The notes under the pieces: generated by a model
Seen by the model: only the letters and a program-made list of their open reading frames with translations
Told to the model about the DNA's origin: nothing
Database searches by the model: none
In this document: in pieces, positions 19,724-29,122 of the stretch
Layout of the letters: each line of letters opens with the position of its first letter
How positions within the stretch are numbered: the first letter of the stretch is position 1
Assembly: GCA_046861385.1 (NCBI GenBank)
Contig: JBHHTW010000014.1
Coordinates: forward strand, 1 to 48,043
DNA from: Fidelibacterota bacterium
GTDB lineage: Bacteria; Fidelibacterota; Marinisomatia; Marinisomatales; TCS55
DNA length: 48,043 bases
Direction: 5' to 3'
Position numbers and translations under genes: made by a program

Positions 19724-20263
19724 ATGTACGAAAATCAGTTTGATGATGAATTAGCTCACATGGATGCATTGGAACATTCTACATCCACCGGCATCAACGA
19801 AGGAGTAAAATTGGATGCCCCACTTTCAAGCTTAAAACTAACCAAACCAATTATTGTGTCAAGTGATACGTCCATAAAAGACGCCATAAAAAAATTACAG
19901 AGGAGATCGATTGGATGTCTTTTGGTTGAAGAAAACAATAAATTGTTCGGTATCATGACTGAAAGAGATATTTTACTCAAAATTACAGGGAAAGGAATGG
20001 ATTTTGACAATGAAGTTGTTGGCGATTTTATGAGTCGGAATCCTGAATATTTGAAAAAAGATGATGCCGTGGCATATGCATTAAATATAATGGTTTTCAG
20101 TGGTTTCAGACATGTCCCAATCGTTGATGATAATAGAAAGTCAGTCGGTGTGGTTTCATTAGTTGATATCGTTCAGCAAGTTGCCTATGCACTGGGCGAT
20201 GAAGTTTTGAACTTGCCTCCAATATCCCAAAGATCAGGTTTTGACAGACCAGAAGGGGGTTAG
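19724..20263 (+). CDS. CBS domain pair protein
   Basis: IGCLLV...GIMTERD, VGDFMSRNP, FRHVPIVD...GVVS. SD-like AAGGAAG upstream. Confidence 0.88.
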   Translation: MYENQFDDELAHMDALEHSTSTGINEGVKLDAPLSSLKLTKPIIVSSDTSIKDAIKKLQRRSIGCLLVEENNKLFGIMTERDILLKITGKGMDFDNEVVGDFMSRNPEYLKKDDAVAYALNIMVFSGFRHVPIVDDNRKSVGVVSLVDIVQQVAYALGDEVLNLPPISQRSGFDRPEGG

Positions 20264-20265
20264 GA

Positions 20266-20958
20266 ATCAATAAACTATTAACAATTGTCATTGCATTACT
20301 GCTTAGCGGCTGCGCTACCCATCCGACAGTCAGTACAAGTCGGATGGAACCTGGTGATAAGAAATATGGATGGAGTTGGTCAATAGAAAATATATTTCCA
20401 TATGTCTGGTATCGATACGGTCTTTCAGATAAAAGTGATGTTGGATTTCGTGTCGGACTACCAATCTATGGGACAGGCATTGATTACAGCAGAATTTTGT
20501 ATTCAAAAAAAAATAAGTGGGATGTATTAAACTTAGCATGGAGCTTGAATCCAAATTATAATTCTGATTTTACGTATTATAAATTTAAACAAAGAGTCAG
20601 CACTGAAAATAAGCAGGGGGCTGTTTCATGGTGGGGGCTAAGGATGATGTATATATCTAAGGGGATAACCGAGGGTACAAGTACACGGGTTGGGTTATTA
20701 TTGGGTGGCCAGCCCAACGAAAAGTGGGGATATGAAATTGGGTACAATCATGATTTCAATTCAATACCGATAACGAACCTGTTTGATTTTAACTGGAATG
20801 ATACCATAAAAAATAATGCTGATTTGAAAAGACGATATGGAAATACTCCTCATACGGACCCTGCATCCGGATTACCGACCGAATATTCCCGTTTGACGGG
20901 TATCTCTGTTCGTATATTTGTAAACCTCGGATTACCGTTTTCTGATAAGACAGAATAG
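20266..20958 (+). CDS. Hypothetical probable lipoprotein (ORF-track start 20344; extended here to an ATC codon)
   Basis: The in-frame upstream sequence reads (ATC)NKLLTIVIALLLSGC, a signal peptide II with lipobox. The rest is a Trp/Tyr/Gly-rich beta-strand-like protein. Confidence 0.65.
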   Translation: MNKLLTIVIALLLSGCATHPTVSTSRMEPGDKKYGWSWSIENIFPYVWYRYGLSDKSDVGFRVGLPIYGTGIDYSRILYSKKNKWDVLNLAWSLNPNYNSDFTYYKFKQRVSTENKQGAVSWWGLRMMYISKGITEGTSTRVGLLLGGQPNEKWGYEIGYNHDFNSIPITNLFDFNWNDTIKNNADLKRRYGNTPHTDPASGLPTEYSRLTGISVRIFVNLGLPFSDKTE

Positions 20959-20976
20959 TTTCTACCTAATCTCAGA

Positions 20977-21927
20977 ATGGTAAATATCCAATCTATTCAT
21001 CCCCAAAAGGTGAATAGTGAAAACTTAATTCAATTTTTATCAGATTTATGTAAACAAGCTGTAAAAATTGATTACTCCCATCAACCTCAAAATCATCCGA
21101 TTATTTTAATTAATGCTGTAAAAAATATTATTGGTGATGATAAAATGAATCCCTCAAATGATTTAACCGAATTTTGTGAATTGATAATTCACAGCTTTCC
21201 AACGAGAAAAGATGATGAAAAATTATGGAAAAACATCATTGCAGACGGTATTGGACTGAGTGTATTTACGGATGAAATTGAACATGCCGTTATGACCGGT
21301 GATCAGGATAGGGCTCAAGTAGAGATTGTCAGACAAATATTCGCATCAAATTATTCCAGCGCCATTTTAGAATTATTGGCCGAATTAGCAATTCATAACG
21401 TTAATGATCTGGGACTGTTTACTTTCCATTGGCTGCGAAGCTATCATTTTCATCAGGATGAAAAGGCTTTGTGGTCTTATGCAAGATGCATGATATCTCA
21501 AATATTTAAGTGCAAACTACTGCCCCTATCAGAAAACTCACCATTAATTCCTGAACGGATCACTCATGAAATTCCATCACCAAACCAAATGAATATTATT
21601 CCCCAATATTCAGCTTTAATGAGGTTATGGGATGGTGTTTATGTCCGACTCCATACGTTTAGAAAAGCAATTTTTAAATGGATGGGTGAACAGCATTTTA
21701 AACCAGAAACATCTAATAATAGATCATCAACCGCTAAATTAGAACAATATCTTTTAAACGGTGGTCGATATTTTATTGAATTAAGTGAAGAAATAATCAA
21801 GAAATATCCACAAGTTCATTCTGTGAATAAAATAATTCAGTTGGAGGCATTGCGGGGTATTGCAAAAAATTCAAACCCGGAATCGTTTCAGAGAATTGCG
21901 AATTGCCTTAACTTCCTTATACAATAA
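20977..21927 (+). CDS. Hypothetical protein
   Basis: 316-aa ORF that fits tightly between neighbours; no motif recognised. Confidence 0.7.
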   Translation: MVNIQSIHPQKVNSENLIQFLSDLCKQAVKIDYSHQPQNHPIILINAVKNIIGDDKMNPSNDLTEFCELIIHSFPTRKDDEKLWKNIIADGIGLSVFTDEIEHAVMTGDQDRAQVEIVRQIFASNYSSAILELLAELAIHNVNDLGLFTFHWLRSYHFHQDEKALWSYARCMISQIFKCKLLPLSENSPLIPERITHEIPSPNQMNIIPQYSALMRLWDGVYVRLHTFRKAIFKWMGEQHFKPETSNNRSSTAKLEQYLLNGGRYFIELSEEIIKKYPQVHSVNKIIQLEALRGIAKNSNPESFQRIANCLNFLIQ

Positions 21928-21928
21928 T

Positions 21929-22777
21929 ATGAAAATTGGATCATACAACTTATATAATATTGTCACCAGTGAGTTCGCATTGGATGGCGGTGCCATGTTT
22001 GGCATTATTCCAAAACCACTTTGGGAAAAACTGTCACCAGCGGATGAAAATAATCGAATTATGATGGTTACCAGATCTTTATTATTGGTAAGCGATAACC
22101 ATAAAATTATTGTGGACACAGGTAATGGATCCAAATGGCAGGAGAAATTCAAAGATATTTATAAGATCAATTTAGAAAATTTCAATTTAGAAAAATCATT
22201 GGCTCATTATGGATTTACCCCAGCTGACATAACAGATGTTTTTTGCACCCATCTTCATTTTGATCATATCGGAGGAAATACAAAATTAATCAATGGACAA
22301 CTCGAGCCTGTTTTCCCAAATGCTGATTATTGGATTCAGAAAGAAAACTGGAAACTGGCGAATTCACCTAGTGAGAAAGATGCCGGAAGTTTTATGAGCG
22401 ATGATTGGTCCATATTAGATGAAAATAATATGATTCAATTTGTAGATGGAAAGGAATCGTTTTTACCTGAAATTGATCAATTATTAACTTACGGGCATAC
22501 AACAGGAATGATGCTTCCAGTCATCAGCGATTCATCAAATAAATTAATATATGTGTCAGACTTGATTCCGATGACCGCCCATATTCCCCTTCCATGGGTG
22601 ATGGCTTATGACATTAATCCAGTGCAAACGGTTCAGGAAAAAAGGAATATTCTTACCAAAATCGTGGAAGAAGAGTGGGTCATATTTTTCGAACATGATC
22701 CGGAGCACCAGGCAGCAACAGTACAATTTGACGGTAAGCACTTTAGGTTGAAAGAATCAGTCACAATCAGTGAATAA
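21929..22777 (+). CDS. MBL-fold metallo-hydrolase (YtnP/AHL-lactonase-like)
   Basis: LDGGAMFG, VDTG, THLHFDHIGG, GHT, MAYD, FEHDP. ATG 21929 lies just after the previous stop. Confidence 0.9.
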   Translation: MKIGSYNLYNIVTSEFALDGGAMFGIIPKPLWEKLSPADENNRIMMVTRSLLLVSDNHKIIVDTGNGSKWQEKFKDIYKINLENFNLEKSLAHYGFTPADITDVFCTHLHFDHIGGNTKLINGQLEPVFPNADYWIQKENWKLANSPSEKDAGSFMSDDWSILDENNMIQFVDGKESFLPEIDQLLTYGHTTGMMLPVISDSSNKLIYVSDLIPMTAHIPLPWVMAYDINPVQTVQEKRNILTKIVEEEWVIFFEHDPEHQAATVQFDGKHFRLKESVTISE

Positions 22778-23135
22778 CCGTGACAAAATGGAGGAGCTTT
22801 TTCTATTGGGTTTAGAGGCATATCATCTTGGAAATTATTACGATGCACACGAATACTGGGAAGAACTGTGGTCTGATTATCATTTTGAAGACAGAAAATT
22901 TATTCAGGGTCTTATTCAACTGTCTGTGAGTTTTTTCCACATTCAAAACGGAAATTTAAAAGGCGCAAAAGGATTGATTCGCAAAAGTCTGGGAAAATTT
23001 ATCCACTACAAAGGCAACCAGCGTGGTATTGATGTGAATTGTTTAGTTAAACAACTGAATATTATTGAAGGTCAATACGAGAAAATGAATCATCCATCTG
23101 AATTTAATTGGAATCTAATACCGGAGTTAATTTGA
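22770..23135 (+). CDS. DUF309 domain protein
   Basis: YYDAHEYWEELW...FIQGLIQLSV..FH..NGN..GA pattern. Confidence 0.82.
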   Translation: MNNRDKMEELFLLGLEAYHLGNYYDAHEYWEELWSDYHFEDRKFIQGLIQLSVSFFHIQNGNLKGAKGLIRKSLGKFIHYKGNQRGIDVNCLVKQLNIIEGQYEKMNHPSEFNWNLIPELI

Positions 23136-23470
23136 AAATGTATGTTGGATTATTTATAAAAGATTTTGAATTCGGAACAAGAATATCAGCTAAACTAACT
23201 GAACTGAATTCCCCTTTTGAATTCTATGAAAAAAGTACTGATGTTTCTGAAAAAACGAACCTATTTATTATTGATCTTGACCATGAGGAAACGGGGAATG
23301 AGTTTTTGGTGCATCAGTTGGCTTCAGAATACGGTCATGCTCAAATTATTGGATATATGAAACAAATTTTTAAAGAAAAACACGACAAATTCAAAATGGC
23401 CGGGTGTCGCGTAATTTTACCCAAATCATCGTTGGTAAAAAATCTATCTACATTTTTAGATAAGCAATGA
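23132..23470 (+). CDS. Hypothetical protein, possible degenerate receiver-like domain
   Basis: TTG start overlaps the DUF309 stop; alpha/beta pattern with FIIDLD and IIGY...AGC..ILPKS. Confidence 0.6.
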   Translation: MKMYVGLFIKDFEFGTRISAKLTELNSPFEFYEKSTDVSEKTNLFIIDLDHEETGNEFLVHQLASEYGHAQIIGYMKQIFKEKHDKFKMAGCRVILPKSSLVKNLSTFLDKQ

Positions 23471-24108
23471 AAGAAAGGAAGGTCAGCCTGAAAAAAAGGG
23501 CTGCAGCTATTGTAAAGCAGCTTCAGACAACGTATCCTGATTCAAGATGTTCGCTCCATTATTCCACACCTCACGAACTATTAGTCGCAACCATTTTGTC
23601 TGCACAATGTACCGATCGCCGGGTAAATCAGGTGACACCGGGTTTGTTTAAAAAATATAAAACACCGGAAGCATTTGCCTATGTCCCTTTAAACGAATTG
23701 GCAGTCGATATTCATTCCTGCGGCTACCATAACCAAAAAGCCAAAAGTATTCAGGGCGCCAGTTTAATGATTGTGGAAGACTTTGGAGGAACGGTTCCCG
23801 ATAACATGGAAAAATTGATTCAGCTGCCGGGGGTGGGGCGGAAGACAGCCAATTGTGTGTTGGGAGAAATCTACAGTATTCCATCCATGGTGATCGATAC
23901 CCACATGGTCCGGATCATGAACCTGCTGGGTCTTGTCAACTCAAAAGATGCAAAAAAAATAGAATATGAATTAATGGATATTTTTGAAAAGGAAGATTGG
24001 GTCAGTCTCACCCACATGGTGATTGATCACGGTCGGGCCGTTTGTATTGCCAGACGACCTCAATGCTATCAATGTGCCCTGTCTGATTTATGCCCATCAA
24101 GTACCTAA
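23467..24108 (+). CDS. nth: Endonuclease III
   Basis: LVATILSAQCTD, HhH motif LPGVGRKTAN, IDTH, 4Fe-4S motif C-X6-C-X2-C-X5-C. Confidence 0.95.
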   Translation: MKERKVSLKKRAAAIVKQLQTTYPDSRCSLHYSTPHELLVATILSAQCTDRRVNQVTPGLFKKYKTPEAFAYVPLNELAVDIHSCGYHNQKAKSIQGASLMIVEDFGGTVPDNMEKLIQLPGVGRKTANCVLGEIYSIPSMVIDTHMVRIMNLLGLVNSKDAKKIEYELMDIFEKEDWVSLTHMVIDHGRAVCIARRPQCYQCALSDLCPSST

Positions 24109-24181
24109 AAATTAATTTATACAAAATATTTATAAAAAACATTGGGATAATATTCTTCATTGTCTTAACATCGTCGCCAAT

Positions 24182-24206
24182 ATGACCCTGTAGGGTCATC
24201 GTTTTA
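24182..24206 (+). terminator. Candidate intrinsic terminator (or operator) after nth
   Basis: Perfect inverted repeat ATGACCCT-GT-AGGGTCAT followed by CGTTTTA. Confidence 0.45.
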
Positions 24207-24280
24207 ATTAAAATAAGATGAATATGTTCATACCAGATTATCAATTGACATCCGGCCGGGTGATTGCCCGGACCGTGGGT

Positions 24281-24367
24281 ATGAAACATATTTCGTTGAC
24301 AATCAGTGACTCGCTGATAAACCTTCTTATTTTAATTATTATTGGACTCGTCGTCCTGACAGCCTAA
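24281..24367 (+). CDS. Candidate ilv-leu operon leader peptide MKHISLTISDSLINLLILIIIGLVVLTA
   Basis: 28-codon ORF ending 135 nt upstream of ilvD; 16 of 28 codons are Ile (7), Leu (7) or Val (2); its 3' end can pair with the downstream leader. Confidence 0.7.
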   Translation: MKHISLTISDSLINLLILIIIGLVVLTA

Positions 24368-24502
24368 CCGTATATTTACATTCGGTAGGTCAACGAGACG
24401 GCGGTAGTCAACTCACTCCCAATATCTTCATATCCTACCCGAAACTATATCCGGTATGCCAGTAACGGTGAATCAATGAACCATAAATAATGGGAATAGA
24501 AA

Positions 24503-26179
24503 ATGCGATCGGATACCATCAAGAAAGGGTTTGAACATGCCCCGCACCGCAGTCTCCTGCGGGCCACGGGTGTGATACGTTCAGACGAAGATTTTGACCG
24601 TCCTTTTATTGGAGTGGCCAATTCTTATATTGATCTCATTCCCGGACATGTCCACCTCCAGGAATTCGGTCAATTAGCTAAAGAGGCGATTCGGGAAGCC
24701 GGTGCAGTTCCGTTCGAGTTTAACACCATCGGTGTCGATGACGGAATCGCTATGGGACATATCGGGATGCGGTATTCACTTGCCAGCAGAGAATTGATCG
24801 CAGACTGTGTTGAAACGGTGGTGGAAGCCCATCGATTGGATGGTCTTTTATGCATCACCAACTGTGATAAAATTGTACCGGGAATGCTCATGGCGGCTAT
24901 GCGCATAAATATTCCCACCGTGTTTGTGTCCGGTGGTCCCATGAAATCGGGGCGTTTGCCCGGAGGTGAAAAAATCGATTTAATTTCAGTTTTTGAGGGA
25001 GTCGGACAAGTAGAATCAGGCGCAATCAGTGAAGCATCCCTAACCGATTTGGAAAAAAATGGCTGCCCAACCTGTGGATCATGTTCCGGTATGTTTACGG
25101 CGAATTCCATGAATTGCCTCATGGAAGCCTTGGGAATTGCCCCTCCGGGAAACGGTTCCATTCTCGCTGTGGACGATGCCCGCATGGATTTAGTCAAGGA
25201 GGCTGGGAAATGTATAGTGAATGTTGTAAAAAGTGGATTAAAACCACGGGATATTATTACCAATAAATCTATCCAAAATGCCTTTGCATTAGATATGGCA
25301 ATGGGTGGGAGCACCAATACGGTTCTTCATACATTGGCCATCGCCAGTGAAGGCGAAATTGAATTTGACTTAAATGATCTCAATAAAATTGCAAACAAAA
25401 CGCCATATCTATGCAAAGTAAGTCCTGCCGTAAAAAATGTCCATATGGAAGATGTCCATAATGCCGGCGGTGTATCCGCAATTTTAAACGAACTATCAAA
25501 ATTGGATGGAGTTCTTCAGACGGATCAGCCGACCATCACTGGAAAATCATTGAAAGAAAATATATCAAATGCATTCATAAAAGACAAAACAGTCATCAGG
25601 TCAATTGACAGTCCCTTTTCAAAAGAGGGTGGATTGGCCGTTTTATTTGGCAACCTGGCACCGAACGGTTCTGTTGTTAAAACAGGGGCGGTGAATGAAA
25701 AAATGCTGGTTCACTCAGGACCGGCAAGAATTTATGAATCCCAGGAAGAAGCAATGTCCGGAATATTAAGCCACGAAGTACAACCGGGAGATGTGGTAGT
25801 CATTCGATATGAAGGGCCTAGAGGCGGGCCTGGAATGCCTGAAATGCTCTCTCCAACGAGCGCCATTATGGGAATGGGATTGGGAAATAAAGTTGCCTTA
25901 ATTACTGACGGTCGATTCTCAGGGGGTACACGGGGAGCCTGCATCGGACATATTTCGCCGGAAGCGGCAGACGGAGGACCCATTGCAACCCTTGAAAATG
26001 GAGATATAATTCACATCGATATTCCAAATAAAAAATTAAATATTGAATTAACAAACGATGAAATTGACAGAAGAATTGCAGATTTACCTGATTTCGAGTT
26101 AAAAATAAAGCACGGATATTTAGGGAGATATGCAAAAATGGTCACATCAGCCAGTACGGGTGCTGTATTAAAATACTGA
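24503..26179 (+). CDS. ilvD: Dihydroxy-acid dehydratase
   Basis: [50 protein letters not shown]. Confidence 0.97.
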   Translation: MRSDTIKKGFEHAPHRSLLRATGVIRSDEDFDRPFIGVANSYIDLIPGHVHLQEFGQLAKEAIREAGAVPFEFNTIGVDDGIAMGHIGMRYSLASRELIADCVETVVEAHRLDGLLCITNCDKIVPGMLMAAMRINIPTVFVSGGPMKSGRLPGGEKIDLISVFEGVGQVESGAISEASLTDLEKNGCPTCGSCSGMFTANSMNCLMEALGIAPPGNGSILAVDDARMDLVKEAGKCIVNVVKSGLKPRDIITNKSIQNAFALDMAMGGSTNTVLHTLAIASEGEIEFDLNDLNKIANKTPYLCKVSPAVKNVHMEDVHNAGGVSAILNELSKLDGVLQTDQPTITGKSLKENISNAFIKDKTVIRSIDSPFSKEGGLAVLFGNLAPNGSVVKTGAVNEKMLVHSGPARIYESQEEAMSGILSHEVQPGDVVVIRYEGPRGGPGMPEMLSPTSAIMGMGLGNKVALITDGRFSGGTRGACIGHISPEAADGGPIATLENGDIIHIDIPNKKLNIELTNDEIDRRIADLPDFELKIKHGYLGRYAKMVTSASTGAVLKY

Positions 26180-26191
26180 AGAGAAAAATCA

Positions 26192-27946
26192 ATGAATAAA
26201 AAATCACAAATGCTTACAGGAGCTGAAATCATTTGGGAAAGTCTCATTCGCGAAGGAGTGGATGTCGTTTTCGGGTATCCCGGTGGCGCCATTTTACCTG
26301 CTTATGATGCCTTGACCCGGTATAAAAATAAGATTCATCATGTATTGGTGCGCCATGAACAGGGGGCGACCCATATGGCCGACGGATATGCCCGCGCCAG
26401 TGGAAAAGTAGGGGTTGCCATGGCCACTTCCGGACCCGGAGCCACCAATATGATTACAGGAATGGCAACAGCGATGATGGATTCATCTCCCATCGTATGC
26501 CTAACCGGGCAGGTTGCCAGTGCCGTCATTGGAAGTGATGCATTCCAGGAAATTGATATTACCGGAGCAGCTATTCCAGTTACAAAACATAGTTTTTTAG
26601 TCATGGATATAGATGAATTGGCAAACACAATTCATGAAGCCTTTGATATTGCCCGTTCCGGTCGACCGGGCCCCGTCCTGATTGATATTCCAAAAGATAT
26701 TCAAAATGCCAAGACATTATTTATTTATCAGGATAGAAAGGTAGATTTCAAACAGAATTCACAGCCTCTAGATTTTCAGATGAATGAAATTAACCGATTT
26801 GCTGATTTGGTAAACAAATCAAAAAAGCCTATCCTTTTGGCTGGTCACGGAATTGTATTATCCAGCGCATATAAAGAGGTGATGGTTCTCGCAGAAAATG
26901 CATCGATTCCTATCGCTACAACACTTCTCGGTATTGGCAGTGTTCCCGATAGCCATCCCCTGGTATTGGGTATGATGGGAATGCACGGTGATGCCTGGGT
27001 GAATCATGCCATACAAGAAGCGGATCTATTAATAGCATGTGGAATGAGGTTCGATGATCGCGTTACGGGAAAACTGGAGATTTACTCACCAAAATCCAAA
27101 AAAATTCATATTGATATTGATCCTGCTGAAATTAATAAAATCGTTAAAGTGGATTTGGGGATCCATGGCGATTTACGTCTTGTGCTTAATGAGGTAAATC
27201 CAACAGTTAAACATAAAAGTAGAAAAGAATGGTTGAAAAAAATAGCCAGCTGGCATAAGGAATCCAAAATGAGGGATGTGTTAAATATGAAAACACAATC
27301 TTTGTTAGGTGCTCAAGTCATACGAAAAATATGGGAAGGAACAAAAGGGAATGCCTTAATTGTGACCGACGTTGGTCAGCACCAAATGATGGAAGCTCAA
27401 TACTATGACCACGACGATCCCCGAACTTTATTAACATCCGGTGGGCTGGGAACCATGGGTTTTAGTCTGCCAGCAGCTATCGGAGCCAGTTTTTATAAGA
27501 AAGATCGGAATATTTGGGTCATTGCAGGTGACGGAAGTATTCAAATGATGCTGATGGAATTAGCAACAGCAGTACAGGAAAATGTAAACATCAATATTGC
27601 CATAATTAACAATGGCTATTTGGGTATGGTCAGGCAATGGCAGCAAATATTCTACGAAGACCGATATTCGGAAACACCGATTTCCAGTCCGAACTATCTT
27701 AAACTGGCAGAGGCATACGGGATGGAAGGGTACCGTGTTGAGGCATTAGAGGATATCATACCAACAATGAATAAAGCCCATAATAACTCTGGCCCGACCT
27801 TAATCGAATTTGTAGTTGATAAAGTTGATATGGTGTATCCAATGGTCCCCACTGGAGCAGGTTTACATGATATGATTAAGCGGCCGAATCAAAATGGGAC
27901 GTTGAATACCAGAGTAAAAAATAATGAAAAGGTTGTAACACAATGA
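26192..27946 (+). CDS. ilvB: Acetolactate synthase large subunit
   Basis: FGYPGGA, RHEQGA, TSGPGATN, RFDDRVTG, DVGQHQM, GDGS...NNGYLGMVRQWQ. Confidence 0.96.
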   Translation: MNKKSQMLTGAEIIWESLIREGVDVVFGYPGGAILPAYDALTRYKNKIHHVLVRHEQGATHMADGYARASGKVGVAMATSGPGATNMITGMATAMMDSSPIVCLTGQVASAVIGSDAFQEIDITGAAIPVTKHSFLVMDIDELANTIHEAFDIARSGRPGPVLIDIPKDIQNAKTLFIYQDRKVDFKQNSQPLDFQMNEINRFADLVNKSKKPILLAGHGIVLSSAYKEVMVLAENASIPIATTLLGIGSVPDSHPLVLGMMGMHGDAWVNHAIQEADLLIACGMRFDDRVTGKLEIYSPKSKKIHIDIDPAEINKIVKVDLGIHGDLRLVLNEVNPTVKHKSRKEWLKKIASWHKESKMRDVLNMKTQSLLGAQVIRKIWEGTKGNALIVTDVGQHQMMEAQYYDHDDPRTLLTSGGLGTMGFSLPAAIGASFYKKDRNIWVIAGDGSIQMMLMELATAVQENVNINIAIINNGYLGMVRQWQQIFYEDRYSETPISSPNYLKLAEAYGMEGYRVEALEDIIPTMNKAHNNSGPTLIEFVVDKVDMVYPMVPTGAGLHDMIKRPNQNGTLNTRVKNNEKVVTQ

Positions 27947-28512
27947 AGCAAACATTGATTGCCCTTGTGGAGAATAAACCTGGAGTCTTAAATCGAATTT
28001 CAAGTTTATTCCGTCGAAGAAATTTTAATATTGAAAGTCTTGTAGTGGGTCATAGTGAAACACCGGGCGTCAGCCGCATGACCATTGTTGCAGATGAACC
28101 GGATGCCAGCAAAAGGGGAAATATTTATTTTAATCTCCTGAAACTGGTCAATGTAATAGCTGTAAAGGATGTATCAAAGCTTCCGAGTGTTTCCCGGGAA
28201 TTTGTCATGATAAAAATTAATATTAGTCCTGACGAACTGAATAAAGTCAATATGGTTTTGAAAAAATTCGGAGCCAGAATTGTCGATTTGAGGTCTAACA
28301 CTGCTATCATTGAAATTGCTGATGAGGAATCAATAATTAATGAATTAATCGCCTCGTTACAATCATTTGACATATCCGAAATTGTTCGCACAGGTAAGGT
28401 CGTCATGCGCTGTGGAAAAACTCATCGGGTCAATTCAGACAAAATAAATACCCGTCCGGGTGAAATAACCTGGAAACCTGAACATATTAGTTCCTATCAA
28501 CATTCATCATAA
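27943..28512 (+). CDS. ilvN: Acetolactate synthase small (regulatory) subunit, copy 1
   Basis: VENKPGVLNRISSLFRRRNFNIESL ACT motif and EIVRTG. Confidence 0.92.
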   Translation: MKQTLIALVENKPGVLNRISSLFRRRNFNIESLVVGHSETPGVSRMTIVADEPDASKRGNIYFNLLKLVNVIAVKDVSKLPSVSREFVMIKINISPDELNKVNMVLKKFGARIVDLRSNTAIIEIADEESIINELIASLQSFDISEIVRTGKVVMRCGKTHRVNSDKINTRPGEITWKPEHISSYQHSS

Positions 28513-28537
28513 TAAAAATCAATTAAGGAAAACTCCA

Positions 28538-29098
28538 ATGAAACAAACCATAATCGTTTTCGTGAAGAATGAACCGGGCGTCTTAAACCGGATTGCGGGT
28601 CATTTTTATCGATTAAATTACAATATTGAAAGTATTGCTGCCGGAAGAAGTGAAAAACGAGGTATAACAAGAATTACAATCGTTTGTAACCACTCAGATC
28701 ACTATAATCAATCTCTCATCCAAAAACACTTGGAAGAATTAAATAGGGTTATTAAAGTAATTGATATTACAAATGTACCCAGCGTTGTAAGGGAGTATGC
28801 TCTAATAAAAGTTCAGACTCAGAAAAAAACAATGGAAAATTTGAAGGAGTTCGTTCATAAAAAAGGAGCAAAAGTGATTGATATGGATGAGTGTTCCTGT
28901 ATTGTGGAAGCCACCGGAAAAGTGGAAGAAGTTGAATTGCTTATTGAGGAGTTGAATCAATTTGATGTGTTGGAAATCATGCGATCTGGCAAAATGGCAA
29001 TGGTTTGTGTTGATCAGGACGAACATCGCGTCGAAATGGAAGAAATAAAAAGAAAAAAAGATTGGGCAACCGAACAACTGAGCGATGCTTTATCCTAA
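28538..29098 (+). CDS. ilvN: Acetolactate synthase small subunit, divergent copy 2
   Basis: VKNEPGVLNRIAGHFYRLNYNIESI, REYALIKV, EIMRSG. SD-like AAGGA upstream. Confidence 0.85.
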   Translation: MKQTIIVFVKNEPGVLNRIAGHFYRLNYNIESIAAGRSEKRGITRITIVCNHSDHYNQSLIQKHLEELNRVIKVIDITNVPSVVREYALIKVQTQKKTMENLKEFVHKKGAKVIDMDECSCIVEATGKVEEVELLIEELNQFDVLEIMRSGKMAMVCVDQDEHRVEMEEIKRKKDWATEQLSDALS

Positions 29099-29122
29099 AA
29101 AAAATAATTTACGGAGAAATCA

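Noticed and set aside
19724-20263. C-terminal GG of the CBS protein as a ubiquitin-like sulfur carrier tail
   Set aside because: The protein is a CBS pair, not a beta-grasp fold, and no E1/JAB partner is nearby.
24109-24502. T-box riboswitch or classical terminator/antiterminator upstream of ilvD
   Set aside because: No T-box consensus (AGGGTGGNACCGCG) and no hairpin + poly-T between the leader ORF and ilvD.
24670-25317. 215-aa minus-strand ORF and other antisense ORFs in the track (e.g. 42550-43005, 30600-30938)
   Set aside because: They lie opposite well-conserved genes and carry no recognisable motifs; these are codon-bias shadows.
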